A stretch of DNA of 63,028 bases, the filler included, from Octopus bimaculoides (taxonomy: Eukaryota), in assembly GCF_001194135.2 (NCBI RefSeq). It is 5 parts of 4 records of this genome, joined end to end, with 100 filler letters (N's around TTAATTAATTAA, not from the genome) between each part and the next. Parts side by side here need not be neighbours in the genome. Positions count along the whole stretch, not along the records: positions 1 to 6,909 come from NC_068983.1; positions 7,010 to 19,132 come from NC_068998.1; 3 more parts are not named here. One strand, given 5' to 3'. The position numbers and the translations under genes were made by a program. Positions 1-13,596 of this stretch are shown piece after piece (position 1 is the first letter of the stretch; each line of letters opens with the position of its first letter). Under the pieces are notes generated by a model that worked only from the letters and a program-made list of their open reading frames with translations, made no database searches and had not been told where the DNA came from.

Positions 1-23
1 ATATATATACATATATATGCTGT

Positions 24-197
24 CTTTTACTTGTTTCAGTCATCAGACTGCGGCTCCAGTGCTTATTTTCATTAAAGCTTCGTATTTATTCAATCGAACC
101 ATTCTGCCGAAATGATAAATTATGGGGACGTATCACATGAACACTGATTGCCACAAAGATACACGCAAGGTTGTTTTTGGAAGACCAGCAGTCGCTC
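24..197 (-). mobile_element. SINE module B, degenerate copy
   Basis: cttttacttgtttcagtcatcagactgcggc... aligns by eye with better copies at 3281, 6706 and 24320. Confidence 0.6.
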
Positions 198-254
198 ATG
201 AATACGAACCTCCACTTTCCGTGCCACCGATGTTATCTAAAGGAAAGGCAAAGT

Positions 255-420
255 TCGATAGAGCATGACACCAGTGACGTTGCAACTCGTTTCCAAAGCT
301 GAGTGAACTGGAAGTAACAGGAAATAAAGTGTCTTGCTCAAGAAAACAACACACGGTTCGGTCCGAGAATCGAACCCACAACCTCACGATCGTAAACTTT
401 AGGCTTCAGCCACTGAGCTA
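255..420 (-). mobile_element. tRNA-derived SINE, family D
   Basis: Reverse strand reads tagctcagtggctgaag (A-box-like), ggttcgattc (B-box) and ttcttgagcaagacact; homologous to 17815, 19890, 51215, 60195. Confidence 0.65.
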
Positions 421-1375
421 TACATAAACATACAAACATTACATACATGTATACATACTTACATACATATATATTCAGATATATATGTATATATTATCTT
501 ATATTGCATTATATTGTAATATTTTTCTACGAATGAGCGTGTGCGTTTATGCATAATGCACACAGCTAGGCAGAAACAAACAAATCATAGCGTACACAAA
601 GCAAAAGCCAAATGAAAAACATAAATCACAAAACGAAATGAAAAAAAGCCAACGATACCGAATATTCCAAAAAGAATATGATTTCAAAATATTTTCCACA
701 GAATTTTGTTCCAAGTAAACTCATTTCAATAAACGATTAAACCATTTATTTCTAGAATTCTATTTCTTCTAGTTCTAACTTGAGGTAAAATGAACCAATC
801 TTTGAAAAGGTGGCATCGCGTACATCTATTTTAATAGATGTCTGATTTGTTCGTTTGTTGTTTTCATGTTTTTGTTATTTACTTGTTCATTTATTGTTAT
901 TATTTCTATTATCTCTGTCTTTCTTCTCTATTCCCCTTTGTCTCCAGCCTCCACCTCTGTTTTTCATTTCTTCACTTTTGTTAAAAAAAAATATATAGAA
1001 ACAATAATAATAATAACAATAATATGGAGGTGTTTATTCACAGTTAAAATAATTTCAGACGAAAGATAAAAGTGAATTTCTAATACAACCGTCATCTAAA
1101 CATACATCTAAGAATTTTATGTGTGTATATATGTACGTATGTATGTATGTATGTATGTATATACATATGTATATGCGCATATACATAGATATAGATATAT
1201 AGTATATAGAAATGTATGCGAGCGCTTAGGTGTAAATATAGATAGATAGATGGATAGATGCACGAATGTTATATATACATGTAAATGTACGCACAGACAC
1301 ACGCACATACATACATACATACATACATACACAGCCACATGCATATATACCTACAGATATGTATATATATATATA

Positions 1376-1410
<35 letters not shown>

Positions 1411-1421
1411 GNNNNNNNNNN

Positions 1422-1512
<91 letters not shown>

Positions 1513-2049
1513 ATGTATAAATGCGAATACATAAACACATATGTAAACGCATACACGCACATACGTTACCTTTCCCGGGAATGTACAGAAGTACTGATAT
1601 ATCTTGATTTAACGTAAACATATTAGTTTCGGAAGTGTACTTGCTAAGCAAATGATTTGATCTGAGACCGTGTGATGAAACGAAAATGATTGCTGCGTGA
1701 AAAACATATTAGCCAACCAAACAGCACACAAAGTCTGTTAACTTCACTTGAACGTTTTATGATTTAGGGTCAAAATTTTCGTCGCACGAACTGCGACCTG
1801 ATCACTGACATCATTCCATTGATCTCAGTTATGTTATTGAATGGCAAATGTGTGTCTTCCACGCTGAAATCATTCATGATATTAGTGTCCCTTACATACA
1901 TAAAACACAAATACAGACCTACAATTCAGTAATGCTGGAGCTCGAAACCCTCAACAATATTTCTGTTGTCACGCGGACTACAATCGTAACCAGCTTGAGG
2001 TGGACTGTTTACATATGTTCGGTAACCAATACGCCGAGCCACCAATTGC

Positions 2050-2142
2050 TACTACTACTGTTTTGTTACTGTTGTTGTTGTTGTTGTTGTTGCTGCTGCT
2101 GCTGCTGCTGCTGTTGTTGCTGTTGTTGTTGTTGTTACTATT
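2050..2142. repeat. (CTA/TTG/CTG)n trinucleotide microsatellite
   Basis: Direct reading; explains the poly-C and poly-L ORFs. Confidence 0.95.
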
Positions 2143-3280
2143 GCTCATGCTACCCTTGCTTTTCAGTGCAAAATTAACGTTAAATCTCCCAAGAATATTT
2201 TTCTGTCCCAGAGATAGTATATGTTGAATTGTTCTTTATATAATCTGTCATACAATAATGTGTACAACGCTTTTGCAGAAACCTTGAGCATTATACACCA
2301 CACATTTCTCATTGTTATTGTTGTGGTTGTTATGATGATGGTGCTAGTGGTTGTTTGTTAGTCATAGGTCAATAATGAGCGAGAGAAGCTATGAATAAAT
2401 ATGCATCCTTGCCGTGTCCATCATGTCATTTTTACATATTCCAGTCGCTTTGTCGTCCAAAAACAGTAGAATGTGATGCAAGAGATATGTTATTGTCATC
2501 GCATAATTATCCACCCTTTACTTCTCGTATTCTCTTCATGTCGATGATTTTATGGTTGTGTAGTTAAAAGACTTGAAAATCTATCTTCTTCTGTTGCTGC
2601 AGGTTGATTAATGCCTTGTGAGTGGCATTTGATAGACATACGCACATGCACTCACATATATACCTATATACATTCGTATATACACACTTGTATGTGTGTT
2701 TGTGTATACATGCGCGCGGGCAAACTAATAATATAAGTAATATTGATTTTATTATTTCTTGTCTAAAACTTTGTTGTAGTTTTGATAAAATATTAACGTA
2801 TATTTAGAATGAGATGTAAGCGTCAGTTACTGGAAATTTTCCGTAATCCAGCTACCGCCAGATTTCAAGTTATCCGGATTTAAAAGAGCTAACCTGTACT
2901 TAGATTTTTTAAAAAAAAGAATAATCTTTGCCTTTTAATATTAAATGCGAAATTATTAAACATACAAAGATCTTATGATCAAATTCCTGATTTTTCTTAC
3001 CTCTGTATACCAGGAAAACGTGCTTCAACAATGGAAATAAATTTGATAAAGCTCAGATTTTATTTCGTTCTGCAACATGTAAACATCTTTTTGCATAAAG
3101 ATTATGACAAAACCTAATTTTAATTAACGTGGAAATTATATACTTTCTTTTCCCTTTCTATATACAATTCATCCTATTGAAGGAAGTCTATCTTATTTTA
3201 TTTTCATTGTGTATACAATCGTTTCATACGTTTTCCATTACTTATAAATCGCGTATATACCTATTATATATATGTCTATA

Positions 3281-3490
3281 TACTCTTTTACTCTTTTACT
3301 TGTTTCAGTCTTTTGACTGTGGCCATGCTGGAGCACCGCCTTTAGTCGAGCAAATCGACCCAAGGACTTATTCTTTAGAAGCCTAGTACTTATTCTATCG
3401 GTCTCTATTGCCGAACCGCTAAGTTACGGGGACATAAACACACCAGCATCGGTTGTCAAGCGATGTTGGGGGGACAAACACAGACACACA
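3281..3490 (-). mobile_element. SINE module B, near full length
   Basis: tactcttttactcttttacttgtttcagtc...gctggagcaccgcc...gaaccgctaagttacggggac...ggggggacaaac; repeated elsewhere in the window; tandem AAAAGAGT-type tail on the minus strand. Confidence 0.85.
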
Positions 3491-3530
3491 AACACATACA
3501 CACATACATACATATATATATACATATATA

Positions 3531-3686
3531 CGACGGGCTTCTTTCAGTTTCCGTCTACCAAATCCACTCACAAGGCTTTGGTCGGCCCGAGGCTATAGTA
3601 GAAGACACTTGCCCAAAATGCCACGCAGTGGGACTGAACCCGGGACCATGTGGTTGGTAAGCAAGCTACTTACCACACAGCCACTC
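3531..3686 (-). mobile_element. tRNA-derived SINE, family A
   Basis: Minus strand: gtggctgtgtggtaag (A-box-like), gggttcagtccc (B-box-like), ttttgggcaagtgtctt, ending gaaagaagcccgtcg; at least 8 copies in the window. Confidence 0.85.
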
Positions 3687-3924
3687 ATATATACAAGTAC
3701 ATACAATTAAGCATGCATACTCACACACTTACGCGTACAGACATACGTATATATATAAATTTCTTTACTTTTTCCCAGTATATTTTCCTTAACAACCGAT
3801 ATTTATCGTTTTCACGTATTGTTCTACATGCCTGTCAATACTGATTTCGCAGGATTTTAACAACCAATATCACTAGATCAGTTTCAATCATTTGGTAACT
3901 TCTAAACTGTATTTAAAATTTTCT

Positions 3925-4127
3925 TTTCCACTCTAGGCACAAGGCCAAAAATTTGGGAGAAGGGGGCCAGTCGACACCAGTACGCAACTGGTACTTAATT
4001 TATCGACCTTGAAAGGATAAAAGGCAAAGTCGACTACGGCGGAATTTGAACTCAAAAGTTAAAAGCAGACGAAGTAGTGCTAAGCAATTCGCCCGGCGTG
4101 TTAACGTTTCTGCCAGCTCTCCGCCTT
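3925..4127 (-). mobile_element. tRNA-derived SINE, family C (Nin/Deu-like central domain)
   Basis: Minus strand: ggcggagagctggcagaaacg head, gagttcaaattcc B-box, then gtcgactttgccttttatcctttcaaggtcgataaattaagtacc, which resembles the Nin/Deu SINE domain. Confidence 0.8.
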
Positions 4128-5676
4128 AAGCATATTTAGAATTATAACATGTTCATTGTTAATACTGCATTGCTAGAAGAGTTGAAAAGTGGAACTCAAA
4201 ATAGTAATTATGAATTTTTAGGTCTACTTAAATATCATATCGCTCTCTTTTTTGCTATGCATTTTTTTTTTTCATTTTTTTCTCACATCGCCAAAACATC
4301 TTGATTCCATCAACAGTTCAACCAAGTTATTTCGGTGATCAGACGAGCTAGCTTTATTTATTTACATTAATGTATGAATATACAATTTTAGTGTCTAATG
4401 CTGAGCATACATATTAATGCAACCATATGTGCATAATGTCTTGCATACTGAAATTAATACTTCATGACGAAGACTGCGAAATTGCTTTAATCGTATGAAT
4501 GCCATGTGATTAAGTCTCATGAAGTTATGTTTTTCTATAATCCTCACAATATAACTTTACCGCTCGAATTAACTGGATTTTCAGTTACATGGATACTTTA
4601 CATTATGCCATTTTGTAATTGATCTCTACATGAACAGATAGCCGAGTCCGTAAGACGAGCTTACTGTAATAACTGCTCATAATTCTCTGAATCAATAACT
4701 TATACTACTCATTTAAAAATACAAACACGCACACACACATGCACACACACACACACACACACACGCGCACACACACATGCACACACACACACACACACAC
4801 GCACACCCACACGCACAAATACAACACAAATACACACGCAGAGTAAGAGATACATTTATGGGTAGCCTAAAGTGTACCCATCAGCCATGAAAGGAAATAC
4901 GTTGTGTGCAAATCACTGACAAAAATCATAATTTCATTACAGCATTTTTTTTTTCTTCTTGCATTAGAATTTTCTTTCTCATTACTTAAAATTTGTATGA
5001 ATTTCGATGTTAAATTCTGTGACATTTTTTTTATCCAAACACTATTTATATCTCTTCTTTCTTACATGCGGCATCACTGGTACAATTCTCAACCTTTAGT
5101 TACCACTCGCAGCAAAACTTATCGAATTATGTTACTCTCTGCANNNNNNNNNNNNNNNNNNNNNNNNNNNNNNNNNNNNNNNNNNNNNNNNNNNNNNNNN
5201 NNNNNNNNNNNNNNNNNNNNNNNNNNNNNNNNNNNNNNNNNNNNNNNNNNNNNNNNNNNNNNNNNNNNNNNNNNNNNNNNNNNNNNNNNNNNNNNNNNNN
5301 NNNNNNNNNNNNNNNNNNNNNNNNNNNNNNNNNNNNNNNNNNNNNNNNNNNNNNNNNNNNNNNNNNNNNNNNNNNNNNNNNNNNNNNNNNNNNNNNNNNN
5401 NNNNNNNNNNNNNNNNNNNNNNNNNNNNNNNNNNNNNNNNNNNNNNNNNNNNNNNNNNNNNNNNNNNNNNNNNNNNNNNNNNNNNNNNNNNNNNNNNNNN
5501 NNNNNNNNNNNNNNNNNNNNNNNNNNNNNNNNNNNNNNNNNNNNNNNNNNNNNNNNNNNNNNNNNNNNNNNNNNNNNNNNNNNNNNNNNNNNTGTATATA
5601 TATATATAGATACATATACATATATATGTGTATATATATATGTGTGTATGTGTGTGTGTGTGTGTGTGTGCGCGCG

Positions 5677-5717
<41 letters not shown>

Positions 5718-5943
5718 GCATGCATATAATGCAAATATTTACATATATTTACACATATATGTATGCATGTATATATATATATATATACATACGTTTGTAT
5801 TTGTGTTTATATGCATATACTCGTATATATGCATATGTGTATGTATCTGTGCTTGTGTGTATATGTAGACACACGCACACATATAAAACGAGGAAACATG
5901 ACTAGCTACCGAGAGAGACAGAGAGACAGAGGGACAGAAAGAC

Positions 5944-6007
<64 letters not shown>

Positions 6008-6535
6008 CTGTGCGTGTGTGTGTCTGCTCAAATATATACCTTAATGTATTCATAGAATGTCGGAGTAAAAGGAAGTTTAGTCGTTGATGATAATGTTTTC
6101 CAATGTATATATTACAAAATATATATCATGATGCATTTTCCAACCGGAAGGCAGACGATTAGTAAAATACATAATGAATAAATAAATACATTATTGATGC
6201 TCATAATATTTTCTATTTATTGAATCTTCGTTACTTTTTGTTATTTTCTTTCTTCGTTTTTCTTTTCTTTTTTCGTCATAATCATAAAAAGAAACCTTTT
6301 AAGAAATTGGTAATGAAAACCGAAATAATGTACGCATAAAAATTTATAAGCATATACAAAACGAAGTACAGATCTGTTGGTCGTTGGTTTCCTTTCTATT
6401 GTGTTGCGTTGTTTATTGTTTATTTTGTTTTTACTCTGCATTTTCTTTGTCTTGATATATCGTCTCTCTCTCTCTCTCGCACTCTCCATTGATATATATA
6501 TACAATATATACATACAAACATACATATATTTATA

Positions 6536-6593
<58 letters not shown>

Positions 6594-6616
6594 TAGATAG
6601 ATAGACNNNNNNNNNN

Positions 6617-6685
<69 letters not shown>

Positions 6686-6705
6686 CAGACAGATATTCTT
6701 TCATT

Positions 6706-6824
6706 CTTTTACTCATTTCAGTCATTTGACTGCAACCATGCTGGAGTACCGCTTTAAGGGGTGATAGCCGAAGAAATCGACCCCAGGACTTATTCTTTGT
6801 AAACCTAGCACTTTTATCGGTGTC

Positions 6825-6872
<48 letters not shown>

Positions 6873-6909
6873 GACGGGCTTCTTCTAGTTTCCATCTACC
6901 AAATCTATT
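6706..6909 (-). mobile_element. SINE module B (partial) + microsatellite + family A 3' part, cut by a gap
   Basis: Homology to 3281-3686 in the same order and orientation. Confidence 0.75.
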
Positions 6910-7815
6910 NNNNNNNNNNNNNNNNNNNNNNNNNNNNNNNNNNNNNNNNNNNNTTAATTAATTAANNNNNNNNNNNNNNNNNNNNNNNNNNNNNNNNNNN
7001 NNNNNNNNNTATATATATATATATACGTATTAAATTACTATTTGACGATAAGTACTTATGCGTTCATGTGGTTATGCAGTTGCAAATATCTGTATGTGTT
7101 TGTGTGTGTGTGTGTGTGTGTGTGCATATGAGTGTGTGGACGCGTGAGTGTGTGAGCACGTGTGTATGTGAATGTGTTTGAGTGTGTATGCCTATGAATG
7201 TGTGTGTAAATATAGAGAATTGATGAGTTCGAGTGAATAATTTCACGTTACTACAAAGCGCTCGCATACCCCCACACTTACACACGCACACATACGCACA
7301 CATACACACACATAAAAAGCTCACAAATACAACTTCTTGAACATACAGACATAATAATCTTTTGATTTTGATTCTATTCATTATTTACTTTCTTCCTCTT
7401 ATTTTCATTATTTCTTATTTAATTTATTGAGTTTCTTGAGACAAATATATCAAACGCTATAGAATATTTGATGGAAATAAGACAATAACGGTGAGAATTC
7501 ACTGGAACATAATATCTTAAATAAGACAATATTGGTGTGAATTTTGATGGAACATATTTGTCCAGAGTAAATAGGGTCATTAGTTCCTGAAGTTTGCAGC
7601 TTTCTAATTTTACCAGATATCTTTCATCCTCAATTTAACTTAATTCCAAATGTTAGCCAGTACATAAAACTAAAATTTTCTGTTCGTCCGTCAATGCCAC
7701 GAAAACCCACTTGTGGTCCTTTGCAATGTATGATGGCTTACACAGTAACATTGTTTAAAGTGAATAAGGGTTACGCACCGCCAACCTCTCTCACCGTCTC
7801 TCTTTCTCTTTCTCT

Positions 7816-7873
<58 letters not shown>

Positions 7874-8573
7874 ACGTCCTGACGTCAATTCTGTGTCCAC
7901 TAAATGTTTTGTTTAATTATTTTGTTGCACAAACAACATAAACCAAGTTGTGTTTCGTGCATTCTGCCGCATACACCAAATGGGAAACTCTGTATGTCCT
8001 ACTTTCTGCATAAATCATAACATTTCTGTTATGATTCCTGATGGAATTCACTTGACTCATGTTGCTGCATAATGTTGCAGCTCATGTTGCAGCCTCTCTT
8101 GCGGCTGTTTTTCAAGGTACAGAGTGCAGATACTCCAATGCTCGTTTTTTTGGAAGTCAGAAATAGAGGTCAATAAATCTATTATATTCTTATTCCGTCT
8201 ATTAGACGTCTATTAGAATTTAATCGGCACAGATTCGACGTCAGGCACAATAACAGTAGTCTATTAGACGGAATAAGAATATAAGAGAATTTAATGGGCA
8301 TAGATATGACGTCAGGCACAATAACAATAGCTCGATAGAACATTTTGCTTCAAACGGCTGCAATTTTGAAAAACACTTGAAAGTGCATATTCTCAGAAAA
8401 TATTCTGAATCTACTTCACTTTCACTTTTCAGAATGTATGAGAAATATATTTTGCGAGTTGTTAACACCACACCCTGGAGGAATGAATAAAACGACAGGT
8501 GAATATCATCAATTTTATGCAAAACTGTTTGATTAAATTTTTTTCTTTTTTTTCTTTTTTCTTTTTCTGTCAT

Positions 8574-8615
8574 CTGAGTGGATTTGGTTAACGGAAACTG
8601 AAAGAAGCCCGTCGT
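8574..8615 (+). mobile_element. Family A SINE 3' fragment
   Basis: tgagtggatttggttaacggaaactgaaagaagcccgtcg is the reverse complement of 3531-3570. Confidence 0.75.
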
Positions 8616-8863
8616 ATATATGTATGTATACATATGTATGTGTCAATGTGTTTATGTGTGTGCGTGCGTGTGTATGAATATATATGTGTATTTATATATG
8701 CATACACATATATATATACATATATATATATATATAGATGTACATAGATAAATGCATACACGAATGAAGCACAAACTCCACTCACATAACCAGACGCTTA
8801 TACATGTGTGTGTATGTGTGTATGTGTGTGTATGCATACATATATAAATACATAAACGCACAC

Positions 8864-8904
<41 letters not shown>

Positions 8905-9493
8905 NNNNNNNNNNNNNNNNNNNNNNNNNNNNNNNNNNNNNNNNNNNNNNNNNNNNNNNNNNNNNNNNNNNNNNNNNNNNNNNNNNNNNNNNNNNNNNNN
9001 NNNNNNNNNNNNNNNNNNNNNNNNNNNNNNNNNNNNNNNNNNNNNNNNNNNNNNNNNNNNNNNNNNNNNNNNNNNNNNNNNNNNNNNNNNNNNNNNNNNN
9101 NNNNNNNNNNNNNNNNNNNNNNNNNNNNNNNNNNNNNNNNNNNNNNNNNNNNNNNNNNNNNNNNNNNNNNNNNNNNNNNNNNNNNNNNNNNNNNNNNNNN
9201 NNNNNNNNNNNNNNNNNNNNNNNNNNNNNNNNNNNNNNNNNNNNNNNNNNNNNNNNNNNNNNNNNNNNNNNNNNNNNNNNNNNNNNNNNNNNNNNNNNNN
9301 NNNNNNNNNNNNNNNNNNNNNNNNNNNNNNNNNNNNNNNNNNNNNNNNNNNNNNNNNNNNNNNNNNNNNNNNNNNNNNNNNNNNNNNNNNNNNNNNNNNN
9401 NNNNNNNNNNNNNNNNNNNNNNNNNNNNNNNNNNNNNNNNNNNNNNNNNNNNNNNNNNNNNNNNNNNNNNNNNNNNNNNNNNNNNNNNNNNNN

Positions 9494-9565
<72 letters not shown>

Positions 9566-9736
9566 TTACATATACATATATATATGTACATTTACATATA
9601 CATATATATATGTATTCATTTTTATACGTATGAATGTATATATGTATATCTATGTGCATATATATATATGCATACATATTTATTTATAAACATATGTAGG
9701 TATATATATCTATGTATGTATGCATGTATGTATATA

Positions 9737-9785
<49 letters not shown>

Positions 9786-10044
9786 TTGTATCGAAGTGTG
9801 AGTTTGCGTGTTTGTGTGCATGTGAAAGTATACATCTGCATGTATGAATATATACAAGAATGAAACACAGTCACACAATCAGACGCTTATATATGTGTCA
9901 TGCATTTAAGCTTTCAAACCTGAGAAAGATACTCAATACGTATTGTAGAGGTAATTTTTTTTTCATCAAAATGTCTGATATTGATACATCATTAGACAAA
10001 TACATATAATGTCTACCATTAAACTATTAATAATCATACATATG

Positions 10045-10088
<44 letters not shown>

Positions 10089-10846
10089 NNNNNNNNNNNN
10101 NNNNNNNNNNNNNNNNNNNNNNNNNNNNNNNNNNNNNNNNNNNNNNNNNNNNNNNNNNNNNNNNNNNNNNNNNNNNNNNNNNNNNNNNNNNNNNNNNNNN
10201 NNNNNNNNNNNNNNNNNNNNNNNNNNNNNNNNNNNNNNNNNNNNNNNNNNNNNNNNNNNNNNNNNNNNNNNNNNNNNNNNNNNNNNNNNNNNNNNNNNNN
10301 NNNNNNNNNNNNNNNNNNNNNNNNNNNNNNNNNNNNNNNNNNNNNNNNNNNNNNNNNNNNNNNNNNNNNNNNNNNNNNNNNNNNNNNNNNNNNNNNNNNN
10401 NNNNNNNNNNNNNNNNNNNNNNNNNNNNNNNNNNNNNNNNNNNNNNNNNNNNNNNNNNNNNNNNNNNNNNNNNNNNNNNNNNNNNNNNNNNNNNNNNNNN
10501 NNNNNNNNNNNNNNNNNNNNNNNNNNNNNNNNNNNNNNNNNNNNNNNNNNNNNNNNNNNNNNNNNNNNNNNNNNNNNNNNNNNNNNNNNNNNNNNNNNNN
10601 NNNNNNNNNNNNNNNNNNNNNNNNNNNNNNNNNNNNNNNNNNNNNNNNNNNNNNNNNNNNNNNNNNNNNNNNNNNNNNNNNNNNNNNNNNNNNNNNNNNN
10701 NNNNNNNNNNNNNNNNNNNNNNNNNNNNNNNNNNNNNNNNNNNNNNNNNNNNNNNNNNNNNNNNNNNNNNNNNNNNNNNNNNNNNNNNNNNNNNNNNNNN
10801 NNNNNNNNNNNNNNNNNNNNNNNNNNNNNNNNNNNNNNNNNNNNNN

Positions 10847-10908
<62 letters not shown>

Positions 10909-10921
10909 CAGATAGACAGAC

Positions 10922-10965
<44 letters not shown>

Positions 10966-12034
10966 CTACATACAAACATACTTATATGCATGTATTATAT
11001 AATTATATATTTGTATGTGAGAGCGTGTTTTATGTATCTATATTCATGTACAAATATGTGTGTGTAGATATATATATCTTTATAGGTATATATAGGTATG
11101 AGTAAAAGAATAAAAGAATATATATATATATTCTTTTATTCATATATTGGTTTCAAGTGGAAGCATCAGAATTATCAAGCGCTCCACTTAAATATGCTAC
11201 CAATCCGTCTCCATTTTGGACAAGACTACGTGACATCACATACACACATGTCATGTGTGTATATATATATATATATATAGTGTTATAATCAGAATCACAT
11301 TCCGATAAACTTTTTACTGAAACCAATAACAGATTAAAAGTAATAAAAACGCTCCATAACTCAAGAAATCCCATATATACTTTTCGATTCGTTGCACTGT
11401 TGAAGACTTTGTCGCCGGACTTTTTTTATCATATTATTAGCTCGTCACAGAACTGCAACCGGTGATGCTCTTGCAATCGTTATCCGATGACCTCTTCCTT
11501 GTTTTGGTCAATGAACTTACTCATCGTGCTACACTTTGGTCAATTTTTTATTCGAGGACGTATAAGTTCCGCGACTTTCAGACTAGACATCCTACAAATT
11601 GGCTCGTACTTATAGCAGCAGAGTTTTATGCCATTTCCTACCTGTCTGATCGCTTTCATTTCTGACCTTACAATTCACACACACACACACACACATGTAC
11701 GTATACATACATACATACATACATACATACATAAGCAGAGAGAGTGGGGATAGATACAGAAATATCGATGTAAATACATATGTATATATATATATATATA
11801 TATATATNNNNNNNNNNNNNNNNNNNNNNNNNNNNNNNNNNNNNNNNNNNNNNNNNNNNNNNNNNNNNNNNNNNNNNNNNNNNNNNNNNNNNNNNNNNNN
11901 NNNNNNNNNNNNNNNNNNNNNNNNNNNNNNNNNNNNNNNNNNNNNNNNNNNNNNNNNNNNNNNNNNNNNNNNNNNNNNNNNNNNNNNNNNNNNNNNNNNN
12001 NNNNNNNNNNNNNNNNNNNNNNNNNNNNNNNNNN

Positions 12035-12067
<33 letters not shown>

Positions 12068-12546
12068 CGAACTTTTGAACAATTTCTGTCTACGAAATCC
12101 TACTCACAATGTTGGAACTTGGAATCACACGGTTACAAAGTCCACTTCTCAAACAATACCACCGTAGCCATAAGAATCCACAAACAAGAACAAAGACACA
12201 TTCAACGTATGTTTATGTGCGTGTGTTTGTCTCGCACATAACCCTTTTCGCTTTTCTTTTTTACCTCCAATTTAAGGAAAGTCTCCCTCTATGCAGAACT
12301 TTCGCTCGTTATGACTGAGTCGATGTTTCTGTACTAATTAAGAAATTAACTTATTTCAGACATATTCTGTCCAAACAAATTGCATAATTTCTTTTACGTT
12401 ATAACCCGATAAAATTGAATAACTTTCCGCTGTTATTTGGCTTCAGTACTGAAATTGTTTGGACAGTGTCCAGATATAAGTTATAAAGGAAATAGATTTT
12501 GTCTAAACACCAGAATTACATAAACGTTTAAAGTTTATCTCCAGCT

Positions 12547-12690
12547 GTGGCGTAGGTATAGCTTTGTTTGTTGAGAAATTGGATTTGCAACCAACGCCGT
12601 TGCAGGTTCAATCCCGCCTTTGCCAAGCGTATTTTACTATACCCTCGATCTACTGAATTTAGTAGATGGAAACTGTGTGGAAGCCTGTGT
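12547..12690 (+). mobile_element. Diverged family A-like tRNA SINE
   Basis: gtggcgtagg head, ggttcaatccc B-box, tagatggaaactgtgtggaagcc end. Confidence 0.55.
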
Positions 12691-12789
12691 GAGTTTGTAT
12701 GTGTCTTTGAGAGTGTGTGTATGTGTGTGTGAGTGTGTGTATGTGTGCGTCCGAGTGTGTGCATGGTTATGTGTTTGCATAAATGTGAC

Positions 12790-12968
12790 CGAGATCAAAA
12801 CAATCCCTCTGGATGGAACGCCAGTCTGTATCAGGGTTACTCATTTACACTTAAACGGTCTCAAACTACGTGAAATGAAGTGTTTTATCAAGGACACGAC
12901 GGTCCGGGAATCGAAACCACGACCTTGCGATCTTGAGGACACTACCCTAACCACAAGGCCATGCACCT
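12790..12968 (-). mobile_element. tRNA-derived SINE, family D
   Basis: Minus strand: aggtgcatggccttgtggttagggtag...gtggtttcgattcccggacc...tccttgataaaacact. Confidence 0.65.
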
Positions 12969-13019
12969 TCACTTAGCAATAAATTGTATTTTTGGTGGAG
13001 AGTTCGTATTTTAAGCAAA

Positions 13020-13215
13020 AGATTTGCAATTTTGGCGGAAGGGCGCTATTCAACTGCACCAATACTAGTGCTCGGGTGATGAATATTTTATCGACTCCGA
13101 AAGGATTAAAGGTAAAGGTGATCTCGTCATGATTTGAACTCAGAATGTAAAGAGCCGGAGGAAATGTAGCTAAGCATTTTTATCCGGTGTGCTAACGATT
13201 CTGCAAGCTTTCTGT
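13020..13215 (-). mobile_element. Family C SINE, degenerate
   Basis: ttatcgactccgaaaggattaaaggtaaag...gaactcagaatgta...ctaagcatt...gctaacgattctgc. Confidence 0.65.
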
Positions 13216-13596
13216 CTTCTTCCACTTAGCGATATTAAAAATAACGAAAAAACAAACAAACAATGAAGGAACGGGTAACCCCTACCCCGTAAGAACTCCC
13301 TCACAGGTTTGATTCAACATGAAATGGTTATATTCGGTTCCACTTGGACGATGGATAATCAGAGGAGTTTTCGTAGAATTTATGACATTGTAAGAATGAC
13401 ATCACTCAGTGCTAAGGCAACCAGTTTTATGAACCAATGAGAACGCTTCGACGTGGCCGCTCGGCCTACTAGAAATAACCTTTTGTTACCATTTTCTGCT
13501 GCAATACATTGCTGCCTTTTGTTTCAGTTGATTTCGAAAATGAAGAATTTAATAAAATAGCTCTGTCTTTATTAGGATAATGCTTAGAATATGAAT

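Noticed and set aside
2603-2617. 15-nt micro-exon (ctgcag|...|gtgagt)
   Set aside because: The donor lies in a family A SINE remnant (ccttgtgagtgg)
6954-6965. TTAATTAATTAA islands inside N gaps (also 19177-19188, 35920-35931, 60849-60860)
   Set aside because: Identical 12-mer with stops in all frames, centred in gaps: a scaffolding linker, not biology
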